From: a virus
Taxonomy: Duplodnaviria > Caudoviricetes
Direction: 5' to 3' (one strand)
DNA: 64,000 bases
Virus record (IMG/VR): IMGVR_UViG_3300044852_000015
Coordinates: 160,001 to 224,000 of that record
Part shown: piece by piece, positions 1 through 9,015 of the stretch
Position numbering within the stretch: the stretch's first letter is position 1
Layout of the letters: each line of letters opens with the position of its first letter
Program-made: the position numbers and the translations under genes
The notes under the pieces: generated by a model
Database searches by the model: none
What the model saw: the letters and a program-made list of their open reading frames with translations, nothing else
What the model was told of the DNA's origin: nothing

Positions 1-19
1 CCTCAACGTACCATTAAGC

Positions 20-925
20 ATGGACGTCAACATTTACAGGGACAGAGTCACTGAGGTGGCTGAAGGTGTGGGGATGGCCCTGAACCTAACCTCTTCTTTA
101 TATAGAGGCCGTGTGTTCAGTCCCGGTGTGTTCTACGGGAAAGGGTCTTACGAGATCATCATTGCCCATTCTGAAGATTGGGACATTACCAACATCGAGG
201 ACGAATGGGAGGACTATCGCCCAGTCACCTTCCTGACTCATCCCAAGACAGACTTGGGTATTGATCTCCCAGAAGGTCTACAGAACAGTTCAGAGACTGG
301 GTTGTCTGTGATTCTGGTGAACGTTCCGATGTTGGCCTGTCAGTACAAGATGTGGCGGCTACGGGAGTGGACCCAGAACAATGAGGCACAACGTACCAAG
401 ATGCAGTTCGTGGCGTCTTACCCGTTGACCAATGCTCTGTACTCCCAGTTGGACCTCGCAATCCTCAATCGCTTCCAACACATCTACCGTGGTGAGTCTA
501 CCGCACGTTCTCTCCTGCGTCGTCCGTTTGCTTTGACTGACTGGTATCCGAACGTGGACTTTGCTTTGGATCAGATGTCTGTTGACTTCCGTAAAAGGAA
601 GATGTCGTTTGACCAAGCCCTGATGTGGATCAAGGGTGTGTCTAACTGGACACTGCGCGATGCTGTACGGATTCCTGCAATGGCACCTACCCGCCAAGTG
701 GTGTGGGCTCTGGGGATGGCTCGAGCTTCTCTGGTCAAGTTCTTGTTGGACTGGACTGTGGAAACTGGGAACGACCGTAATAAACAGTACGCCAACATCA
801 TTCAGTTGGAAACCAGTCGGTTGTTGAATGACAGTGCACTGCGTGGTGCTCTACCACCCACAGCGACTAAGCTCTGGGAAGACATCTTTAAAGAAATCGT
901 CATAAAAGCTAAATCGGTACGGTAA
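20..925 (+). CDS. phiKZ-like hypothetical/virion protein, probably 5'-truncated by the window edge
   Basis: 301-aa ORF; frame is open back to position 2; ends at a strong hairpin convergent with the DNA polymerase gene. Confidence 0.6.
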   Translation: MDVNIYRDRVTEVAEGVGMALNLTSSLYRGRVFSPGVFYGKGSYEIIIAHSEDWDITNIEDEWEDYRPVTFLTHPKTDLGIDLPEGLQNSSETGLSVILVNVPMLACQYKMWRLREWTQNNEAQRTKMQFVASYPLTNALYSQLDLAILNRFQHIYRGESTARSLLRRPFALTDWYPNVDFALDQMSVDFRKRKMSFDQALMWIKGVSNWTLRDAVRIPAMAPTRQVVWALGMARASLVKFLLDWTVETGNDRNKQYANIIQLETSRLLNDSALRGALPPTATKLWEDIFKEIVIKAKSVR

Positions 926-973
926 GCTAAACAGCCAGGGCCGCGAAGCCCTGGCTGTTTAGCCTTTATGCCG
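926..973. terminator. Bidirectional terminator with TTATGCCG tail
   Basis: GCTAAACAGCCAGGGC-CGCGAA-GCCCTGGCTGTTTAGC inverted repeat between convergent genes. Confidence 0.85.
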
Positions 974-3194
974 CTGGTGTGGCTTCGAGGAAGTCCGATA
1001 CAAGCTTGGTGTTATTGTCGTTAGACAGGAAAACGCCGAGTGATTCCAAAATCAAATAGAACGGACGCACGGTCGAGTACACGAGTTTACGGATGTTCAT
1101 TGCAGACAACACTTCAGTTGGCAGACCAGTCAGTTCCACAACGTCCTTCGGTAGGAGCAGTGTGGTTGCGTTTGGCTTACCTTCATACTGACTCATCAGG
1201 CCTTCACGGATGTGTTGATCCTGAATACCTTCAATCCAACCAGCAATGGCTGTCTTGTTAGGTAGGTCTAGCGAAACCTTGATCGCCGAGTACGGTGGCT
1301 TTGGGGCCTCACCGTATTTGTCGCGGAACACACGTTCCCACAACAGGTAGTGCTGGTATGGAGATTGACCAGGGTTGACGTAGGCACCAGCATCTTTCAC
1401 AGAAGCCCGAGCGAGGTACTTGGACTCAGCTCTCATCACCGAACTAATAATACCGTGTTCGATGTCAGCGACTTTCTGCATGATGTCGGTGATCTTGATC
1501 TTTTCCCCAGCCATCACGCTGTCCATGACTCCACACATGGTGGCCGTCACTTCTTTCATGATGTTCGGTGGGCAGTTCGAGTCTTTGAGGTAAACCCCTT
1601 TGATCTCTTCTTCCAGCTCACTGAAGACGTTACCTTCTTTGGCAGCCTTGTAGGCGTAGTAGTGCTTAGCCATCGAAGTCAGACTGAAGACCGAGAATGC
1701 AAACTCGTTCTTCATCGCGAACACGTTGATCTTGTCCGGGACTACACCCAGCGTTGTGGACAGTTGTGCCAGAACGTGGATGATCGACTGAGTTGCCAGA
1801 TAGACCATGGTGTAGTTCACAGCAAAGGCCGCTTCGCTGAAGTCTACCTTACCGCAGTACCACTGAACCCAGTTCTGTACGGTGAAGATCGTGGAGTCAG
1901 TGTCGGAGGTGATTGCTACCTGACGCACCGAGTCACGAATCCATGCTACCGAGGCAGGCATGTTGTCCGTTACCCAGAACGCGTTGATCATGATCACGTA
2001 GTCATTCAGTACTTGGTGGATGTTCTTCACCGTAGCACCGATGATGCAGTAATCCTCAGGACGCTGTTCCAACAACTTACCCAGACCCAAACCAGCCAGC
2101 TCGTTGGAGCACAGGAGGCTCACGAACGCCTTGAGGTCGTTGTCCATACCCTTGACGTAGGTCTTGGCTTCTTCCAGCTCAATACCGACTGTGGCCTTAC
2201 TGGACAGGCGTGCCATGAACACACGCATCGGCAAGTCGTTGAACTTACACAGATGCCACATGTCACCCACGTAAGCAAACGCCGAACGCTCGAGGTCATT
2301 CAGACCCTCTACCAACAAACGGATCTCAGCCACTTGACGCTTGTTCACCCAGTAGTGTTGCGTGGAGTACATAATCAACTCCATCACTTCATCTACAGTA
2401 GGTGCCCGCAGACCGTAGATCTCCATTGCCTTTTGGATCAAGTCGTAATCAACGTGACCAATGATGCTGACAATGTTGGCCTTCACAACGTCTGGTGACC
2501 AGTAGTGTCGGTTGCCCGCCAAGAACTTCTCGTTGTTTGCATTGCCCAGACTGGTACCTACCCGGCAGGTAGAGGTCAGACTTGAGTGTGCAGACTTGTT
2601 GTGTAGGATCGTAGAGGCAGAAGCTTGACCACCAGACAGACTGTTGTTCGCAATCTTGTACGTGGTCTGTTCGTTCTCTTTCAGGTCTTCCAGTTCACCC
2701 ATGGTCGCCGCTTGACGATTCATGATGCGGGCTTGAACTGTGTCGCCTGCTTTCAGGAACTCTTCAGCTTTGAGTTTGAATTCCTGACCGGCCATCTTGG
2801 CTTCCAGACCTTCGTGCTTCACCTTACCACGACCGACGATGTTACCGGTGATGTATTCGGAGAGCAGGGAAGGCAAGACATCAGGGTGCTCGTAGACCGT
2901 CATGCTGGGTGCAAATAACCAACGGTTTTGGATGATGTCTTTCAGGTACTGCGTGAAAGTGGTTTCATGTTGTCCACGATCACCTACTTCATTGCGATGT
3001 AAGCAAAGTAGTGCAGGGTCGACTATTTCAAACTTCCCCCCAGGGCCAGTCTGACGCTGTACGTAAGCCACACAGTCTTCAATCGGTTTGCCTGTACGTT
3101 TGCTTAGGAAAATCGCCATGTCCCGTCGGTAGTTCCCCACGACGTCCAGATCGCGCTTATATGCGTTAGCTGGCTTAACAAAATGGTTCTCCAT
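966..3194 (-). CDS. Divergent family-B DNA polymerase, polymerase subunit (phiKZ gp50-like)
   Basis: Motif B-like KIANNSLSG and motif C-like TSDTDST; KNEF...AKHY; no obvious exonuclease domain, as in the split PolB of phiKZ-like phages. Confidence 0.9.
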   Translation of the reverse strand: MENHFVKPANAYKRDLDVVGNYRRDMAIFLSKRTGKPIEDCVAYVQRQTGPGGKFEIVDPALLCLHRNEVGDRGQHETTFTQYLKDIIQNRWLFAPSMTVYEHPDVLPSLLSEYITGNIVGRGKVKHEGLEAKMAGQEFKLKAEEFLKAGDTVQARIMNRQAATMGELEDLKENEQTTYKIANNSLSGGQASASTILHNKSAHSSLTSTCRVGTSLGNANNEKFLAGNRHYWSPDVVKANIVSIIGHVDYDLIQKAMEIYGLRAPTVDEVMELIMYSTQHYWVNKRQVAEIRLLVEGLNDLERSAFAYVGDMWHLCKFNDLPMRVFMARLSSKATVGIELEEAKTYVKGMDNDLKAFVSLLCSNELAGLGLGKLLEQRPEDYCIIGATVKNIHQVLNDYVIMINAFWVTDNMPASVAWIRDSVRQVAITSDTDSTIFTVQNWVQWYCGKVDFSEAAFAVNYTMVYLATQSIIHVLAQLSTTLGVVPDKINVFAMKNEFAFSVFSLTSMAKHYYAYKAAKEGNVFSELEEEIKGVYLKDSNCPPNIMKEVTATMCGVMDSVMAGEKIKITDIMQKVADIEHGIISSVMRAESKYLARASVKDAGAYVNPGQSPYQHYLLWERVFRDKYGEAPKPPYSAIKVSLDLPNKTAIAGWIEGIQDQHIREGLMSQYEGKPNATTLLLPKDVVELTGLPTEVLSAMNIRKLVYSTVRPFYLILESLGVFLSNDNNTKLVSDFLEATPAA

Positions 3195-3254
3195 TACAAC
3201 TCCTAAGCTTGAGGTCTCTACATTCTATTGGTCGGGTACGGATTTTAATACGCA

Positions 3255-3281
3255 CGGCATAATAGGGCGGTCTCCCGCCCC
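3255..3281 (-). terminator. Hairpin plus TTATGCCG terminator
   Basis: GGGCGG-GAGA-CCGCCC followed by TATTATGCCG on the minus strand. Confidence 0.7.
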
Positions 3282-3285
3282 ACTA

Positions 3286-3903
3286 TTAATCAGCAATGGC
3301 TTCAACCGGTTCAGCTTTCTCAGCCTGTACCTTAATCGTCCATTCTTCAAACAGGCTACTGATCTTGGCCTTTTCTTCGTCCGTGCGCTTGGCAGGTTGG
3401 TTAACAATCACCTGCTTCATTGGGAACGGGAACTTCGGCAGCTCGGTCTCGGCGTTGGGAACTTCCAAGTCGATCTTGATCCATGGGTGACGCTCACCAG
3501 ACTGGGTGGTGTAGACATCCACTTCCCACTTCAGGTCAGTACCTTCGATCGGGAAGAGGTACCGGGTCTTGTTCAGCCCTTTGTCGGCGAAGAAGCGGTA
3601 TTGCTCGAAGAAGTCCTTAGAGCAGATCTGCTCCACCTCTTTCTTACCGAGTTCCCCTGGAGTCTTGGTCTTGACACACATCTGGTACGTGTTGTCATCA
3701 ATGGCCCGGACACGACACTGAGCAAAGCTACCCTCACCAGTATCACGGTAAGATTCCCACTGCTCCTGCTTTTCCTGACCACCGGCTTGTTCGATCCAGT
3801 CCCAGTTCTGAACTTCGCCAAAGAAGGCGTATTCGATCTCTTGCTGTACCGCTCCATCAGCACCGTCTTCCAGTGAGATGTTCAAACGTCTTAATGACGA
3901 CAT
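3286..3903 (-). CDS. CYTH-like (triphosphate tunnel) domain protein
   Basis: EIE near the N-terminus, RVR, KxK, KEVE, KTR, WEVD and IDLEV pattern; start reassigned to MSSLRR after a GGAG RBS. Confidence 0.75.
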   Translation of the reverse strand: MSSLRRLNISLEDGADGAVQQEIEYAFFGEVQNWDWIEQAGGQEKQEQWESYRDTGEGSFAQCRVRAIDDNTYQMCVKTKTPGELGKKEVEQICSKDFFEQYRFFADKGLNKTRYLFPIEGTDLKWEVDVYTTQSGERHPWIKIDLEVPNAETELPKFPFPMKQVIVNQPAKRTDEEKAKISSLFEEWTIKVQAEKAEPVEAIAD

Positions 3904-3918
3904 AAAAACTCCAATATG

Positions 3919-3956
3919 GGCAAAGAAAAAAGATAGGGGCCGAAGCCCCGTATCTA
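3919..3956 (-). terminator. Intrinsic terminator with long U tract ending an early operon
   Basis: GGGGC-TTCG-GCCCC hairpin then TATCTTTTTTCTTTGCC on the minus strand. Confidence 0.85.
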
Positions 3957-4039
3957 ATCCCACCAACCAGGAACCAACAGCCCATGCTAGTCCTAATGGT
4001 GACACGGCCCAACGTGTCATAGATTAATGGGTTGAGTAT

Positions 4040-4450
4040 TTAATTACCGGCGCTGAGTTCTACTTGGTCGTAACCGTTCGAACCCAACAGTGCCAGAATC
4101 TGATCCCAGTCCGAAGGTTTGACCCCAGAGATCTTGGCGTTGATCACCGTGTAGTCAGACAACACGATGCTCGATTCCTTAATCCACGGCAAACCCAGGA
4201 TCTGGCGTTGACCAGAAGGGAACTCAATCCGTACGTAGAGGTAGGCGTCAGGGTCGTTGGGCGTACCGCTAGGCAGTGAGCCGAACACGTTGGCGTGGAT
4301 CTCATCAACCCCAGTACCCAAGTCGCGGGCGGTGGTGGAGTCGATGACACCGAGAACCTTGACGTTCTTGAACTGGGAGTTCAGTACGGCGGTTGGCCAT
4401 ACCGAGAAACTCACAACAGACTTTTGAACCAGTTTGTCTTGTGTAGCCAT
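4040..4450 (-). CDS. Conserved phiKZ-like hypothetical protein
   Basis: 136-aa ORF with phage-like codon usage; last gene of the early operon. Confidence 0.75.
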   Translation of the reverse strand: MATQDKLVQKSVVSFSVWPTAVLNSQFKNVKVLGVIDSTTARDLGTGVDEIHANVFGSLPSGTPNDPDAYLYVRIEFPSGQRQILGLPWIKESSIVLSDYTVINAKISGVKPSDWDQILALLGSNGYDQVELSAGN

Positions 4451-4782
4451 GAGTATGGAAACTCCTGAAACTCAACTAGGACCAACCCGCTAAGGTTAAT
4501 CAATTTGATGGAATGAAGAGTACCCCTAACGAGTCGCCGGTAAAGTAGTTCCTCGCGCATCCCTTCGACGGTGTCCCAGAACAACTCTAGGAGGTCGTGG
4601 TCTAGCGTGCGGGTGTCGAGATCGAATGGATCTTGTAACCCTAAAACCATTTTCACCAACAATTCAAAATCCTCAGGCTGACACTCATCTTCGCCCATGG
4701 CGTCGAAGGTGGTAGCACTCAGGGTCTTGTAAATCGCTAGGGCCTCAATTAAGTTGGTGGACACGAAAGCAGCACGACCCAC
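4411..4782 (-). CDS. Hypothetical protein (small-protein array)
   Basis: GTG start after a GAGG RBS; tightly packed in the operon. Confidence 0.6.
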   Translation of the reverse strand: MGRAAFVSTNLIEALAIYKTLSATTFDAMGEDECQPEDFELLVKMVLGLQDPFDLDTRTLDHDLLELFWDTVEGMREELLYRRLVRGTLHSIKLINLSGLVLVEFQEFPYSWLHKTNWFKSLL

Positions 4783-4793
4783 ATTAACCTCAC

Positions 4794-5147
4794 TTAGCCA
4801 ATAAATTCCAGGATAATGGTGGAACTCACCAGCGACTGGAAACGGTACATCAGTTGACCGTCCGGTTTGTAGAGCTTCATCTGTGTCATACACTTCAGAA
4901 GACTCAGTCCGTATTGCTTCAAAGCGTTGGCCATGATCTCACCATCAGTGGTGAACGCACCGTCTACGGCTTTGGAATTCAATACTAACAAACAGTAACG
5001 ATCTAACTCGCTCATGTTATTACCGTCAGACAAGTGAGTAATTACATTTCGAGTCTCTTGAACTAGGTCATACCCCACCACTTCCATCATCGACATGGTG
5101 CTACGGAACTGCTTCACGGCAGCGGCGCTATTCAGTGCGACATTCAT
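4794..5147 (-). CDS. Hypothetical protein (small-protein array)
   Basis: 117-aa ORF, co-oriented and packed. Confidence 0.7.
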   Translation of the reverse strand: MNVALNSAAAVKQFRSTMSMMEVVGYDLVQETRNVITHLSDGNNMSELDRYCLLVLNSKAVDGAFTTDGEIMANALKQYGLSLLKCMTQMKLYKPDGQLMYRFQSLVSSTIILEFIG

Positions 5148-5186
5148 AATTCACTCGTCATAAAGGGAGGGGTGCCGAAACACCCC

Positions 5187-5603
5187 TCACCAGTAAGATT
5201 CAACCAAGACGTTACCACCAATCCATTGACGGGTTAAACGGTATCCGAAACCTGGGGTTTTGAAGTACTGACTAGTCATGTCCGAGATCAGCATGTGGAT
5301 CTCTAGCGCAAGGTTCGTCAGGTTATGTAGGGCGATGGCTTCATCGTCAGTCAGTTCGCTGAGGTTCTGTTGCCCCTTGACATTACAAAGGAAGTGATCC
5401 TCTATAATGCCCATCACGGTCCACGTCTTATCGTAACGGATGTGGAGGTCAGAGATGCTGAAGGAGAGTTCAGCTAACCCTTGTAGGCTAACGTCATGCT
5501 CCAGCAGGTAGGGTTCCAGATGCCAGTAGTCCCGGAGGATTCTACTCACCGGGATCAAGATGGGATTTGAACGGGCAATTTTAAGGTCACTCATGATGGT
5601 CAC
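5187..5603 (-). CDS. Hypothetical protein (small-protein array)
   Basis: 138-aa ORF, co-oriented and packed. Confidence 0.7.
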   Translation of the reverse strand: MTIMSDLKIARSNPILIPVSRILRDYWHLEPYLLEHDVSLQGLAELSFSISDLHIRYDKTWTVMGIIEDHFLCNVKGQQNLSELTDDEAIALHNLTNLALEIHMLISDMTSQYFKTPGFGYRLTRQWIGGNVLVESYW

Positions 5604-5621
5604 TCACTCGAGTGCATCGGG

Positions 5622-5993
5622 TTAACAGCGAATCAAGTCTACGATGTGTCCGTGCTTCGGGGCCAGTCGTAGGTCGAAGTCGTAGTTCCCGTATTTAAGT
5701 AACGGGTGTAGGTAGCGAGCCACTGCTTTCTGGATACGGATGTAGTCTTCTTCGTAAACCATCAGTTGTGCACGATGGGTCATGAAGTAGGCGTATTCCA
5801 ATTCAGTGAGGTGTTGGACTAGGAAGTCATCCATAGAACAGATCACGCTTTCGTCGTAAGCACTAGGGTCTCGTGTGAGTTCCCCATAGATCACGGCTTG
5901 AACGAATTCGTCCCGATCCACACCGAGTTGCTCCAGAATACATTTATCCACCGCTGGGAGTAATGTGTCTCGGAGGTAGAAGCGTATGGTCAT
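5622..5993 (-). CDS. Hypothetical protein (small-protein array)
   Basis: 123-aa ORF with AGGAG RBS. Confidence 0.7.
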   Translation of the reverse strand: MTIRFYLRDTLLPAVDKCILEQLGVDRDEFVQAVIYGELTRDPSAYDESVICSMDDFLVQHLTELEYAYFMTHRAQLMVYEEDYIRIQKAVARYLHPLLKYGNYDFDLRLAPKHGHIVDLIRC

Positions 5994-5994
5994 G

Positions 5995-6489
5995 TCAGAC
6001 TCCTAGGTATTCACGTAAGCCTGATGCTACCCAGTCACCGTTCTCCAAACTACTCTCTACATCCTTCCTCAGGAGTTCGATATGGTTCTGGGGGTTGTGG
6101 GGGCGACACCGTGCCAATTGTAACAGCTTGATGTCACCTCGTGGGGTCAGATCAAAGTGCCAACTCCAATCATCAGCATTCTCTTTGATCATTCTCCAGA
6201 TGTAACGTTTAATGAAATCAATAGCTTCCTCCACCATATCCTCAACTTCTTCTTGAGGGATCTTGTCGGAGTAGCTACGGATCTGATTCACCACAATCTC
6301 ACGAGCTGCCACCACGTTGCCGTAAAAGCAGTTCTCCACCGTACCTGAAAGAATCCCTATTAGGTTCAGATAGTTAGCACCAACGCCCAAGTACGGACGT
6401 AGACGACCTTCCAACTGCTTAATGATGGGTGTCCCAGGTATGACGTACGTCGCCGCGAGAGTAATGCCAATCCCAAATTCGGTAGTCAC
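5995..6489 (-). CDS. Hypothetical protein (small-protein array)
   Basis: 164-aa ORF; start uncertain because it overlaps the upstream gene. Confidence 0.65.
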   Translation of the reverse strand: MTTEFGIGITLAATYVIPGTPIIKQLEGRLRPYLGVGANYLNLIGILSGTVENCFYGNVVAAREIVVNQIRSYSDKIPQEEVEDMVEEAIDFIKRYIWRMIKENADDWSWHFDLTPRGDIKLLQLARCRPHNPQNHIELLRKDVESSLENGDWVASGLREYLGV

Positions 6490-6961
6490 CTTTGAACTCC
6501 AACATCAAGTTATTGCCTAAGGGCTTGATCACGCAGACCTTCCACGTAGGTTCAGTCAGCAACTTCATCATGATCTGGTTTACTCCACCCGCAATGGGGT
6601 CGAGTACTTGGTTATCCAGTTCCGAGAAGAAGCAGTCGCCTTCACCACGACTCACGGGTTGCCCTACTACTTGCTCGTACCCAGGCATCAATCGAGCCAG
6701 TGCACCAGCGATGTAACCTACTTCAAAGAATTCACGAGGGTAGTCACCAAATACTCGTGACAACTTACGGGTATTCATTTCCAACTCGTACCACTGGAAC
6801 CAATGGCGCAGTTCCCGACAGACAATCGCTTGAGCCAACAGGCGACATTTGTTGACAGTGATATTAGGCACCATCTCAGGATGGCCGGCTGACAACAAGA
6901 AGTTATCAAAGTGATACTTCAGGGTAAGCGCTGTAGCATCAACAGGGAATAGGAAGTTCAT
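6419..6961 (-). CDS. Hypothetical protein (small-protein array)
   Basis: 180-aa ORF, packed. Confidence 0.7.
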   Translation of the reverse strand: MNFLFPVDATALTLKYHFDNFLLSAGHPEMVPNITVNKCRLLAQAIVCRELRHWFQWYELEMNTRKLSRVFGDYPREFFEVGYIAGALARLMPGYEQVVGQPVSRGEGDCFFSELDNQVLDPIAGGVNQIMMKLLTEPTWKVCVIKPLGNNLMLEFKGDYRIWDWHYSRGDVRHTWDTHH

Positions 6962-6971
6962 TGGGTAGCCT

Positions 6972-7328
6972 TTAAAGGTACAGATACAAACCCGTGGGTC
7001 TGATCATCAACGTCAATTCACCTTCTGGAATCAAGTAGTGGTTACACGCCTTGATCTTTCGGTAAAGCTGAGTGCGTAACAAGTTTTGCTTGTCTAGCTG
7101 GTGGATGAGTTTGTACACGTCTGTTGGAGCAGTGTCCTCTCGGAACATTAACAGCAGCGTACTTTCGATGCAGTCTTTGAGCCACGTAGTCTCGATGGTG
7201 ATCATCAACCACTGTGGATCGTGTTGGTGTAATAGATGTCGGAACTGAGGAGTACTCAGCGCATCCCGTATCTCGCAGTGTAACATGACCTGCATGTTAC
7301 GGTAATCGGTTACTAGCTGAAAGTCCAT
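6972..7328 (-). CDS. Hypothetical protein, first gene of the early operon
   Basis: 118-aa ORF about 35 bp downstream of an early-promoter-like motif. Confidence 0.7.
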   Translation of the reverse strand: MDFQLVTDYRNMQVMLHCEIRDALSTPQFRHLLHQHDPQWLMITIETTWLKDCIESTLLLMFREDTAPTDVYKLIHQLDKQNLLRTQLYRKIKACNHYLIPEGELTLMIRPTGLYLYL

Positions 7329-7349
7329 CGTTCTAACCTTTCTGAAGGT

Positions 7350-7385
7350 TTGTTCAATTGGATAATATAGGTCTCAAACTTATTA
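7350..7385 (-). promoter_or_regulatory. Early (virion RNAP) promoter, TATATTAT variant
   Basis: AAGTTTGAGACCTATATTATCCAATTGAA matches the other TATATTAC sites and their flanks. Confidence 0.65.
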
Positions 7386-7467
7386 GGATGACCTGTATGC
7401 TCTCTACTCTATAACATCAGGGGTTGATGTGAACTTATACACGGAGTCGCTCACACGAGCTTACAGA

Positions 7468-7511
7468 GGGCATAAAGCCCCTCACCGGATAACCAGCAAG
7501 GGGCTTTGTGC
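7468..7511 (-). terminator. Terminator closing the RNA island (TTATGCC class)
   Basis: AAAGCCCCT...AGGGGCTTT stem followed by TATGCCC on the minus strand. Confidence 0.75.
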
Positions 7512-7514
7512 TTT

Positions 7515-8310
7515 ACACTGGCGTCGGTCAGCTATCTGTGAGTGGAGTCAGGTCCCCTCTCGGCCAACCTAGTGGGGTCGGAGTAGCCAGGCATGTTTTC
7601 CCACCGAGCGCCCCTGACGGCGCAAGGATTACGGCTAGAACTTACGCACCCCTCCAATTGCCCGGCTCGGCTGGTAAAGGTAGGATTCCAATGCGTAAGC
7701 GAAGTGCCGAAACACTTCCCCAAAACCATTCGACAAAACTGGCCCATTCGATCTGAATGGTTTTGAGGCTGCGTTCAAGCGTAGGCCCAACCACATTTAG
7801 GCGCGGAGAGGGCGGGCTGTTGCACAACTTGAACCCTTCGCGGGGGTCCCGTATCCTTTACATCGGGTCTGAGTGCGAGGCAGGTTCCAATGTTTCCTGT
7901 AGTACGTCTGCATTCCAGGATGAGGTTGCGGACGCTCAGCCCTTACCGGGCAGAGATTCATCGCTCCACGGGTTCAGCCGAGAGCAACGATTTAAGACCC
8001 CTGATCCTACCGGCTCTCTGGACAGAGGAGTCACTAGGTTTTGACCGTGGTCAGGGGAATTCAAGCTACCCTCTCTCTTTGAGCTGTCTACACTTCCACA
8101 ATGACTCGGGGTTTGCCCAAGGTCGTGATTTGGGGTTTGGTCCTAAAAGTAGTAACCATTCCTACGACAGACAGGGGATTAGCCTGTGAGGGTACAACAT
8201 AGGGTGAGTGGGAAAGCCTAGACCTTCCAGACAGTAGTGTGACCCGACGGGTTGGAGTCACCTGTCCTAGTGGGTAGATAAAGTCCACTTGGCGTTACCG
8301 CTACACTCAC
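7515..8310 (-). ncRNA. Large structured non-coding RNA candidate (~800 nt, one RNA or several)
   Basis: No credible ORF; many helices (GTGAGTG/CACTCAC, CCCCTGA/TCAGGGG, CAAAACCATTC/GAATGGTTTTG, CTTACGCA/TGCGTAAG); GTAA and TTCG tetraloops and G-U pairs favour the minus strand. Confidence 0.6.
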
Positions 8311-8312
8311 TT

Positions 8313-8768
8313 TCATTTGACGCCGCACCAACCTTTCTTGGTGCCACCGTCGTACGCAACTGCAAGACCATTCTTGATCAACAGTTGCGCTATATCAATA
8401 TCGTCTACCATAACTTTGGCGACGACTCTGAAGTACTTGTCGCGATCAGGAGTCACCAGTTTAATGGTAGACGCTGAGTCGATGTACTTCTTCAGGAACA
8501 ACCGAGCTTGACGAGCCTTGGCTTTCTCAGTGTCTTGGTCAGCGACTGCTTTACAAGTACTGTGCATCTCTGGGGCGTCGATCCCCATGAGACGAATACC
8601 TACGTTTTTACCAAAGAGGTCAGGGACATTTGGGATGTTCACGTAGATGGTGTCGCCGTCGTAGACTTTCACGACTTGTTTCGGTGACAATGACAAGTCA
8701 CTATAGGCGTAGACGCTGAACGAAGCCAGAGTCAGGACCAACATTGTGAGGATATTGCGGATGTTCAT
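8313..8768 (-). CDS. Thermonuclease (SNase-family) protein with signal peptide
   Basis: VYDGDTI, IRLMGIDAPE, DKYFRVVA and LIKNGLA motifs; hydrophobic N-terminus ending VYA. Confidence 0.9.
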   Translation of the reverse strand: MNIRNILTMLVLTLASFSVYAYSDLSLSPKQVVKVYDGDTIYVNIPNVPDLFGKNVGIRLMGIDAPEMHSTCKAVADQDTEKAKARQARLFLKKYIDSASTIKLVTPDRDKYFRVVAKVMVDDIDIAQLLIKNGLAVAYDGGTKKGWCGVK

Positions 8769-9015
8769 GATTAAGCTCCAAAGGATATACAACATACTAT
8801 CCTTTGGTTTACAGAAAGGGTGCCTTCTCTCTACGTCGGGAAGGGTTATGTTCCGTTGCGCAGTACCATGACCTCGGTTGACCGAGAGAAGACATTACTC
8901 ATTTACCCCATTAGTTCCCTTATCCCTGATTACCCTGCGCGTCAGGTCGAACGTAGATAAGGTAGGCGCGACAATGTCGCCTCGTTTTACTTCTGTTCCC
9001 TAAGGAACCTTCTAA

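Noticed and set aside
7508-8288. Short ORFs on both strands in the large structured region
   Set aside because: They overlap each other, lack RBSs and have atypical codon usage; base-pairing explains the region better.
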